Positions 16,475 to 25,159 of a stretch of DNA of 43,698 bases are shown piece after piece (the first letter of the stretch is position 1; each line of letters begins with the position of its first letter). Source of the DNA: Schmidtea nova (lineage: Eukaryota); contig CM097882.1 in the NCBI GenBank assembly GCA_044892505.1, forward strand, positions 87,172,001 through 87,215,698, written 5' to 3'. Made by a program: the position numbers and the translations under genes. A model generated the notes under the pieces. The model saw only the letters and a program-made list of their open reading frames with translations, was not told the DNA's origin and made no database searches.

Positions 16475-18729
16475 CCGGTTCCACCTCTCTGATGATCATC
16501 ACGTTCATTTTCGTCTCCGTTACTCCCATATCTTCCCATATATCAGTCATCTTCAACTTTACTTCCGGTAAATCCTCTGTTTGTAGGAATGCTTCTCTGG
16601 GTAGTTTCGTCACTCCCGGCATCATCTCATTTACTTTATTGAACAATCTTCCCACTTCTTCTTTTACATTGTATTTGAATCGCCACACGTGATCATTCAG
16701 CATGATCACCAACATTCCTCTTTGTTTGATTCTCACTTCTTCTTCTTGATTCACTTCTTTTTCTGTTTCTTTTTCTATTTCTGTTTCTTTTTCTACTTCT
16801 TCAACTTTTTGATTCTGCTCTGCGGTTTCTACTTCCTGATTCATTTCTTCTTGTTTCTGCTCTTCGTTTCTTTTCTCTTTAACTTCTAACTCGTCTGACT
16901 CATCTTGCTGCTTCTCTTCCATCATTGCTCGCATCATGTTGATCCTTGGGTTTCCCTTTTTTAACAGTTGTAATCGTTGTTGCCTGACTTGTTCTTCTTC
17001 TCGTCGTACTCTGGCCCATTCTTGATTATGTTTCTGTTGGCTTTCTCTATTTTCTCTTTCAGCCTCAGCTTCTATTAACTGGATCATGTTTATCTTTGGT
17101 TGAGCAGCTTGCTGGCTTCCCTTTGCCATGCTTTCGATTATCTCGTGTAATCTGGATACCTCCTGTCTCAACTTGGCCTCTTTCATACTGGCTTCGTTTG
17201 CACTGCTATTTGGGTTGTTCCGTTGTTGACCCTGATTCCCATAACTTGATCGATTTCCGTAATTCTGTCTATTTCCACTGTTTGACCAACTTCTCTGTTG
17301 ATTACACTCTCTTGACATGTGTCCCGTTTTCCCACATGTGTAACACATTTTCCCGTAACATCGATTCTCTGAGTGACCTTTTTGTCCACACAGTTTACAG
17401 GCTACATTCTGAAAACACTCTTGTTGCCAATGTCCGTTTTTCCCACACGTCTGACATTGCCTATTCTGCCTGTCATTGTAACTATTTCCTCCACTCGTGT
17501 TCACTGTGATATATCCATTATTTTTCCTCGCTGGCGGTTCTTTGAACAATCTCTGCGAATGGGGAATACTTTGATTCATGTTTCTTTTTCCTTGTTCTTC
17601 ATCTTCTGTCGTTTTTCCCATTACCGCCGTAATTCTCATGTCGTTCATTGCCATATGCAATTCGAATAGGTTGGCTGCTTCTAACGCTTCATCTACTGTT
17701 TTACATCCTTTGCATCCCACTTGTGCTCTGATGTCAGGTCTCCTGAGACCTCGTACGAATAACGCTGTCATCAATTCTTCGTCTACTGGGCTTCCTCTAT
17801 TGAATGCCAGTTTCGCCAACTTTCTTAATTCGCTTGCGTATACCGCATTTGACTCATTTCTCCTCTGTTTTCTTGCTGAGAACTCATCGAACGCTTCTTT
17901 CAACACTTTATTTATCCCAAACGTCTGTTGGAAGAACTCCTTGATTGCTTCCCACGTTCTGGGTGGATTACTTCCCGATCTCTTTTCAATATACAGATCC
18001 AATGCGCTATCTTTCAAGTATAGCGGGATTCGATTTGCCAACGTTTCTGCACTTTATCCGCATATATCCACGAATATGCCAAATTCCTTTAGAAACGTGT
18101 CCAATCTACTGGCGTCTCCATCGAATGGTTCGCCCTTGAATTTTTCTCTCAGATCCTCTCTGTGTTCACTCATCCCGATTCCACTGTCTTGGAATACTGT
18201 ACTAGTTTTCTTTGCTTCTATTTCACCACTTGTTTCTGGATTCAACTCTTCTTCTTCAATACTCTCTGTTTCGTTATCTCTTGATTCGCTTCTTGTTCTG
18301 TTTTCACTAACTAGTTCACAGTCTATCGTTTCTACTTCGTTTCGTACTTCTGGATCCTCTGGGGTTTCTTCTTGGTTCTCTTTATTACTCGAATTATCGC
18401 TGATCTCTGCTGGTTTGTTCTTCAGTTGCGCTGCTTTATTTCTTGGCCTTGTCTTCTTCGCTGTTTTTCTTTCTTCTTCTGTTAGGATTGGTATTATACC
18501 TGTCCTTGTTTTGCGTTCCGCAATCTTGTCTATTACTCAACTTCTTATATTCTCAACTGATTTTCTACTTCGCTTTTGCTTTGCTTCTTCTTCGATTTGT
18601 TTCCTTTGACTGCTCTGACTGCTAGATTGCCTGGAATTGCTTGATTGATTTGTTTCCTTAAAACAAATAATCACTTACACGATACGTCCCCGTTATCGTG
18701 TTTCTCGTCCCTCTCACGGGTGTAGTCAT
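16440..18729 (-). pseudogene. gag: gag (capsid plus three CCHC knuckles), disrupted in this copy by TGA 18537-18539, TAA 18054-18056 and a 14-nt duplication
   Basis: GEPFDGDASRLDTFLKEF..ICG*SAE..IPLYLKDSALDLY..TWEAIKEFFQQTF..RKQRRNES..YASELRKLA; CQTCGKNGHWQQEC, CKLCGQKGHSENRC, CYTCGKTGHMSREC. The frame is continuous across both stops up to 18656. Confidence 0.9.
18657..18678 (-). promoter_or_regulatory. Consensus splice donor GTAAGT (18678) and in-frame acceptor (18657): putative 22-nt intron or major splice donor
   Basis: Minus strand ATG(18729)-MTTPVRGTRNTITGTYR|GTAAGTGATTATTTGTTTTAAG|GAA ACA (ETNQ..) joins in phase 0 with gag. Confidence 0.5.
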
Positions 18730-19050
18730 AATTCATGAATCTCCCCATTTTTCCCATTTCCCTTGATTTTAAGTCTATTTAAATTATCTATGCAGTCGTA
18801 TCAATTATCTATTCTTTATCAAATACACCAATTACTTTTCCCCAGTTTCCCAATTACTTTGTCGCTCGGCGCTCTTATTATCCCCTTTACTTTTCTCAGG
18901 CTTCTCTGGCTCTGAGTTCAAATTTCCCCTTATCTGTCGACTACTCTGTTTCTCGACTATTCGCTTTATTTCCTATTCACACTACGTTTACTACTTCATT
19001 TCAATTCTCGTCTCTACTCACCTTTAATTCAACTGACATCTCTCGTTGGC

Positions 19051-19427
19051 CTGCTGGGCTTTCCAGTCAGCGCTTTTAATCTCACCTTTTACTGTTATTT
19101 CGTTACTCTCGACCACGACTGTCATTTCATTAGCCTGCTGGGTTTTCCAGTCAGCGCTTTTATTATCCTCCATTTACCTCTTTACTGTCGACTTTTACCT
19201 GCTCTTTACTCCGATGATCATCACTTTTGACCTGCTGGGTCTTCCAGTCAGCGTCCTCAATTTCACCACTTTATTATTACTCACTTTTGTTCTCTCGATC
19301 TTTCCTGATCGTTATCATTGACCTGCTGGGTTTTCCAGCTAGCGTCTTTACCACTTTACTTGTCTTAACAAACCGGTTTTATTTTACTTTCGTCGAATCT
19401 CATGGTCTGCTGGGTTTTCCAGTCAGC
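19051..19427. repeat. Five dispersed 21-nt motifs CTGCTGGGYYTTCCAGTCAGC (hairpin-forming, kB-like core) in the leader
   Basis: Copies start at 19051, 19135, 19232, 19323 and 19407 (spacing 84-97 nt). Confidence 0.9.
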
Positions 19428-19766
19428 ACCCTTCACTTACTCGCTTTATTTTATTACTCTTCACTGTATGCATACTTTGAAGTCATTAGGCTACATAATC
19501 AGCTTTACTCGCATTTATCTATACCCAGGTGCGCACCTTTAACTCTTTCGTTATTAATTCGGTTTCAACCCTTATTCCTCATTACTCGCTATTCATTTTC
19601 CCTATTCGTCATTTATCCTCATTATCACTTCTCTACCCTCCTTTATTCCTCTCTATTATTGCTCGTTTATTTCTACTATCCGGATAGTTTTATACTTTGT
19701 TTAGTCCTCATCTGCCTCACTTCGTCGTCTTTCTCGTGGGCTTTTACTCAATATTTTATTTCGGAC

Positions 19767-20290
19767 GAGAACTATGCTCACAGCTGAGAACTATGCTCAC
19801 TAACGAGAACTATGCTCACTAACGAGAATTATGCTCGCTGGCAAAACATGGTTGTTACGAGGGTTTTGCTTACTGATGGAAACTCTGTTTGCTCCGGGGA
19901 CTAGTTCCCCGATGAGAACTATGCTCACTGATGGTGACTACAGGAATTATGCTTCCTGATGAGAACTACGCTCACTACGATGACTATGTTTATTGATGAG
20001 AACTACGCTCACTGATGAGGACTATGTTCGCTGTTAGAACTTACGTTTATTGATGAGAACTCTGCTCACTACGAGATTTATGTTTACGGACGAGAACTAT
20101 GCTCACTATGGTGTTGTGTTTTATGACGAGACCTACGCTCACTATGATGTTATGTTTATGACGAGATCTATGCTCACTGTGATGTGAGGTTTTATGACGA
20201 GACCTATGCTCACTAGGATGTTATTTTTATGACGAGACCTATGCTCACTTTGATGTTAGGTTTTATATCGAGACCTATGCTCACGAACGA
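19767..20290. repeat. Tandem array of about 15 GAGAACTATGCTCACT-type motifs (19-nt, then about 36-nt period)
   Basis: Read directly; variants GAGACCTA(T/C)GCTCACT dominate the right half. Confidence 0.92.
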
Positions 20291-20663
20291 GAACTCGAAA
20301 TATCATCTCTCAGTGGTTGCATGTGTTGCTTCGAGATGTTCCTCTCAGTGGTCACTTATGCTTCTTCGGAGAATCTATTGTCGCGTTTCGTTAAGTTCTG
20401 TCTTTCAAGAACTATGGGCAAATCCTTTCTCTCTAGGACCCCTTTCATCATTTCCTTTCTTTCAAGGATTTCATTTAACCTCGAGTTTTCACTTTACTCG
20501 GTTCATCTATTACACCCCTTTATTCTGTTATCTATTCATCGACTTCTCTACTTGATTTTACTTTATGCGAGCTGATTACGTGCCTTTCCTCATATACTAC
20601 ATTTCCCTATTCGCCTTACTCATTTCATTGCTTTCGGTCTTTACTGATCAGTTTATCCTCCTA

Positions 20664-20671
20664 TTTTTATA
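20664..20671 (-). promoter_or_regulatory. Candidate TATA box (TATAAAAA) for the gag-direction transcript
   Basis: Minus strand GGCGCGCGCAGAAAAACTATAAAAATAGG, upstream of the leader repeats; position plausible only. Confidence 0.3.
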
Positions 20672-20979
20672 GTTTTTCTGCGCGCGCCTAAACTTCATTG
20701 GGTTGTCCCTACCTTTCACCCCAACCAAAATATATAAAAAGATCGCATTGGTCCACTGATGCACGATGTGGTGATCAGTCACATCACAAGAGCTTTCCAA
20801 TATCCGCGATTGGATCCCTTTCTACACATCTCGGGTGAGTTGATCAGTTGGTTCCCCCCAATGGGTGCTTAACGGACTACTCGTAAGTAGCTCATAATTA
20901 CTTAGGTCATTTTTACCAAGTCATTGTTAAACCCTCATAATTTCAATAACAACTGCACTTGTTCAAAACTTTATTTCTA

Positions 20980-21438
20980 TTACAAGTACACTGTTACTTT
21001 CTCGGATACGGGAAAATTGCACATAGGACATCGTTCATTTATTTTACAGTCATTACAGAATCGAAAATGCCCACACGGCAGCAACATTATCTGTATCTTA
21101 TTTATTTCACAGATGTAACACGTCAGATACTGTCTCGTATATTCGGTTGTCGTTCTTATCCACTCATCGTGTTTTGTTGCAATCTGTCGTTCTAGCCTGT
21201 GGCATTCGATATTCATTTCAGGGTTGTTTAATCTTTCTCTGTACCATTTGTATCTCGTTGCTGTATCAACTGTATTCTTATTCTCGCTTATGCTCATCAT
21301 CATTTCGGCTCTTTCTGTGTTGTTTGTCGGTTCGTGATATCTTCCTACCTCGAGTCGTTTTAACTTTCTCATTATTATCTCCATTGTCTCGTTGTTTGTT
21401 TCAAAAAACGTTTGCATTTCTTTTATTTTGTTCTCCAT
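20980..21438 (-). CDS. C-terminal IAP/Mdm2-type C3HC4 RING protein (152 aa, no BIR); putative E3 ligase
   Basis: CYICEINKIQIMLLPCGHFRFCNDCKINERCPMCNFPVSEKVTVYL at the extreme C-terminus; same A-rich codon bias as the element. Confidence 0.85.
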   Translation of the reverse strand: MENKIKEMQTFFETNNETMEIIMRKLKRLEVGRYHEPTNNTERAEMMMSISENKNTVDTATRYKWYRERLNNPEMNIECHRLERQIATKHDEWIRTTTEYTRQYLTCYICEINKIQIMLLPCGHFRFCNDCKINERCPMCNFPVSEKVTVYL

Positions 21439-22370
21439 CCCCTGAATGAATTACCATTAATTTCTGTCGATTTTTATTTATTATCTATTATTTTTATTCT
21501 GTGGTAGCCCTACTGTTCGCTTTCTGTTGTTCTGTTTCGCGTCACTACTTGCGTATCCCCCCGTGTTCTTGAATGTCGCCCCGACATGATCATTGTTAGT
21601 TGCTCACACTCATACCATTTTCATACACACTTTTCAGCATACTTTTACTTTACGTCATGCATATTTTTCATCACTTTTCATACTGTTATTCCACATACTA
21701 TTCATCATACTTCATTCATCCTCATATTTTCACATTCGTACTTTCATTCCCATGCATACTTTTATCATGCTCATCAATCTCATTATTTTACACTCATACT
21801 TTTATTTATTATTTTTCAACCCGATTCATTCTTGCTTCAGGACCCACAAACCCTCTGTTATCATTTACTTTACTTTTCCTCGCTAAATTCAATTTCATCC
21901 CGGTTCAGGCGCTCTAACACTGTCCGCAGATATCGAATTCACTTTTCCCACAAAAATCGATTTAATCCCGGCTGAGCCCCCAAATTTATGCTGGTGTGTT
22001 GGTTTGATGGACAACTGAGATCATTAAGATTTTATATGTTAGGGTGATCTCGCCAACATAAAAACATTCCCCCGCTGACACCCATGATGTATCCCTAACT
22101 ACTCATCATGTTGGTGCTGTGTCAACGTTGTGAAATGACAAGGCAGGTGAGCAACCTTGCGGCTACTATTCCCTTGTTTATTCACGGGTCCACCACTACC
22201 GATAGAAGGTGTTTGTGGATTTCTTTCGGTCCCACTTATGCTCTTTCCTTTTGTCCTAGGGTGATTTAATTTTTAGCGCATCTGCAGCTTTAAATGAACC
22301 AGGTTTTCCTTATGTTTAATTCTCATACATACTTCAAACACCCAAGACAAGTCATTCATCCAATATACAT

Positions 22371-22934
22371 TTATTTATGACTTAACAACACTGAAGGTCT
22401 AATCACATTTAGGAGTTCTTGTTCAGAGAGCCCACTGAGCAGATCCATCTCTATGCCCAGGCGATCAGCATATGCCCGTCGCTCTCTCCGATTTTTCGCT
22501 CCAAGGCGATTCCTTCGCTTTGTCCGTTTTGAGCCTTCTGGATTTCTCGTTGTCGACTCGATGGTCGTGGTTGCGACTTCATCGGTTTCTGTTTGGGTAC
22601 TCGTAGTTACCGATACCGAATCCGCCCATCGGTTAAAGGTACTCGCCCTGATCACTGGGCGTAATTGCTCTGAGATGAATTCTTGAGTCGACACTCTCAA
22701 GTAATTAGATAGCTCCAATTTCAAGGCTGCGACCTCTCGAGCCTGATCGTTGGCTACTTGTTCGGCTCTGTATCTGGCTTGCAGGATGGCTTTAACTCTT
22801 TCGGGATTAAACAATGTTATCTTGATCCTTTGATGTTCGTCGTTCAACTGTCGTAAACGACTTTCCAGGACTCGGGACCGTGCCTTAGGTTCCTTTGCCT
22901 CTTGCTTGTAATTTCGTTTTGGATTCTCGTCCAT
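22371..22934 (-). CDS. Unknown accessory protein: coiled coil, Thr-rich linker, Arg-rich motif, Leu-rich tail
   Basis: Open frame; probable start at ATG 22934 after the acceptor CTAAT..TTTCCCAG|AC; KRTKRRNRLGAKNRRERR. Confidence 0.6.
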   Translation of the reverse strand: MDENPKRNYKQEAKEPKARSRVLESRLRQLNDEHQRIKITLFNPERVKAILQARYRAEQVANDQAREVAALKLELSNYLRVSTQEFISEQLRPVIRASTFNRWADSVSVTTSTQTETDEVATTTIESTTRNPEGSKRTKRRNRLGAKNRRERRAYADRLGIEMDLLSGLSEQELLNVIRPSVLLSHK

Positions 22935-23164
22935 GTCTGGGAAATGTATCATTAATTAGGGTATGCATGATTTGTTTGGTTTCTTAGTCACCATTTTATT
23001 GTCAAACAACTACACTCTATCCTCACTCATTCACATGCATTCAAAAACCAAAACAAAACCCTTTTGAATGGATACATATATTTTAATTTACAACAGATGT
23101 TCTTTCTTTGGAGAGGTCACTCTCGCGATCAATTGTATGGTCGTAACTTCTGATCGGCAGGGTT

Positions 23165-23764
23165 CTAGTCTCGGCGAATTCCTGTTTCATGATATAGTTC
23201 GGGCGCTGGATTCCAACTCAGTTTGTTTTGATAGATGAACACCTCCCAGAGGCGAAGATCTTTGGGCTCGGGGTGTTGATCCACTGAGACGCTTCCTGGA
23301 GCGTTTGGGTAGACGAAGACTTCCCCAGTGTCACTACACCGAGGCCTGTCTAGCAGCAAATACCCGAGTTGGCAGAATGCCTGCCCAGTCATCATTCCGG
23401 TACTCAGTAACCAGCGGGGTTGCTGTACTTCATCTACGAATTGGTAGAACCATCTATCGGATCCTCCTTTGGTAGAACTCGGGGAAAGCGTCCAATCGAC
23501 ATCGCCTTCCCACCTCAACTGTAGCTGGAATGCACAGGCGGGAATACTGGCCGCTGTACTCATATGGGTCCTTGTCCATCGACGCAGGTGTCTACGTGCG
23601 GAGTTGAAAATTTGGCGTGGAGCCTCCTTCTCTCCTTTGATTTCGGAAGTTATTTTTGGTAGGATGACGGAGCGGATGCGCCGTTTCCTCCGGAGAATAT
23701 ACTCCTCTAATTTGACGGGTAGGGGGTCTACCGGCTCCTTCATAGAATGTTCCGTTTTTATCAT
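23165..23764 (-). CDS. Unknown protein (199 aa), visibly higher GC than the rest of the element
   Basis: ATG ORF preceded by CATTTCTTTCAG|AGTGCC; no family recognised. Confidence 0.5.
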   Translation of the reverse strand: MIKTEHSMKEPVDPLPVKLEEYILRRKRRIRSVILPKITSEIKGEKEAPRQIFNSARRHLRRWTRTHMSTAASIPACAFQLQLRWEGDVDWTLSPSSTKGGSDRWFYQFVDEVQQPRWLLSTGMMTGQAFCQLGYLLLDRPRCSDTGEVFVYPNAPGSVSVDQHPEPKDLRLWEVFIYQNKLSWNPAPELYHETGIRRD

Positions 23765-24871
23765 GGCACTCTGAAAGAAATGTCCAGGTTAACCGACAGA
23801 GTCTATCATTGATCATCGATATTTATATCGATCAACCTACTTGGCTTATTCGCTCTATATGCCGTAGGCCTCAGTAGCTCATACACAGATTATTAGACCA
23901 GTGGTCACGATATTCATGTAGGTTGTAGTTGATGTTTTGCTTTGGTGAGTTAATTCACTCCGCAATTTCGGCGGTTTTAACTACACTCATTTCACATTGG
24001 TATTTACAATAATATATTTTATTCAATTTCTCATCGATCGTTTTCATTCATCCAACACAGTTCGTTTACCGAACATCATCAGCAACTATCAAGGTTCATG
24101 TCACGGTGGGGAAGATTAGTAATCCCTTAGTCAAACCGCTTTGTCAAGAAACGTATTAAATTTCTTTTCCTACTATCGGGATTGACTTTTCATACCCTCC
24201 GAGGGTTATATGCATAGGTTAGAAACATATTCGATTTACTACTACTTCTTGATGCTAGTGTCCTTTGTCCGCGACGTTACGCTTTACATATCCCTACTCT
24301 CGTCGACTTTCAATGTATCAGCAATCTTTGGAGGTACACACCCTCATCAAGATACCCCCATACATATATACTCCATGCGAAATTAACTTTACCTTGATTT
24401 GATTTATGATCCTTCACGGTTACTCGATACCCTATGTGCACTTATTCCCCTTCCGCTTACCAAGTATTTAGTAAACCTATGGTCCCGCCGCATCAGCACC
24501 TCACATAAACATGTGTTGCACTGAGAGGCCCAAGAATCCGTCAGGCTGTTAGGCCTCCGGAAAACCTTATTGATTTTAGCATGATTATGAGTTATGAGGG
24601 TTTAAATTCTCTAAGAACAAAACAAAATTCAATAATACCTTTATTTCGTTCCAATTGGTTTCACACAGTTACAAGTTGTAAGTCGTGACTTAAAGTTCAC
24701 ACTCGGTAAAAATGACATTACCAATACTGATTTACCTTCAGTATTTATACTAAACCGGTGTTGTTGGTTAGCCAATCAGCATCGAGTATGTGTGTCTGTT
24801 TGTTCATTATTTTGTGTTGCCGGCTTTTTGGTGCCTAACTCAACTCAATGATTTGTTTGTTTAATCATGCG

Positions 24872-25119
24872 GTAAGTTTTTCTTTGTCATCAATTTATTT
24901 TATTTTATTTTTGTTTTAGGTCTTCGGTGACATCCGCCCACGCGCTGTCATATTCAGATCTTATCTGCTTCGCATGAGTGAGTTCTTGAGTTTTATTTTG
25001 TTCTGATTAATACTTTATTTCTTTTAGATGTTACCGCTCATTTGCTACTTTTTATGCTGGTAATTTATTTTGTTGTTATTTTTTGTAGCTTTATTTTATT
25101 GATTGTATATTATTTTCAG
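24872..25119 (+). other. Cluster of short GT-AG intron-like segments in the leader of the + strand relic
   Basis: GTAAGT..TTTTAG 24872-24919 (48 nt), GTGAGT..TTTTAG 24978-25027 (50 nt), GTAATT..TTGTAG 25060-25088 or ..TTTCAG 25119. Confidence 0.5.
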
Positions 25120-25159
25120 ATGCTGCTCGATTTGGCTGGCCCAACAAGAATATATAAAA

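Larger units (their letters stand above)
1..23800 (-). mobile_element. Giant env-bearing Ty3/Gypsy (Metaviridae-like) LTR retroelement with accessory cargo. Truncated by the left window edge. 5' boundary uncertain: the core reaches about 20.7 kb, and 20.9-23.8 kb is included by inference
   Basis: Co-oriented gag (CCHC x3), class III env-like ORF and pol in PR-RT-RH-IN order (Gypsy order); uniform A/purine-rich sense strand from 1 to 21.4 kb. No LTR pair or PBS seen. Confidence 0.9.

Noticed and set aside
3709-18539. Alternative genetic code as the explanation for the in-frame stops
   Set aside because: The stops are of all three types, while 2388- and 1028-codon ORFs contain none; a reassigned codon would be frequent.
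17578-18609. 343-aa + strand ORF and many similar F/S/L-rich + strand ORFs across 1-18.6 kb (e.g. 769..1272, 5735..6190, 14606..15076)
   Set aside because: Antisense shadows of GAA/AGA/AAA-rich coding sequence; low complexity, no motifs, mostly non-ATG starts.
19051-19427. Repeat-spacer pattern resembling a CRISPR array
   Set aside because: Eukaryotic retroelement leader; spacers are 63-76 nt, T-rich and similar to each other; no cas genes.
20731-20740. + strand TATATAAAAA as an antisense promoter
   Set aside because: Common by chance in AT-rich DNA, with no + strand ORF or other support.
22040-22095. PBS-like strings on the minus strand (TGGCGAGATCACCC; CA|TGGGTGTCAGCGGGG)
   Set aside because: Only partial match to tRNA-Arg/Leu 3' ends as I recall them, and no second LTR copy in the window to fix a boundary.
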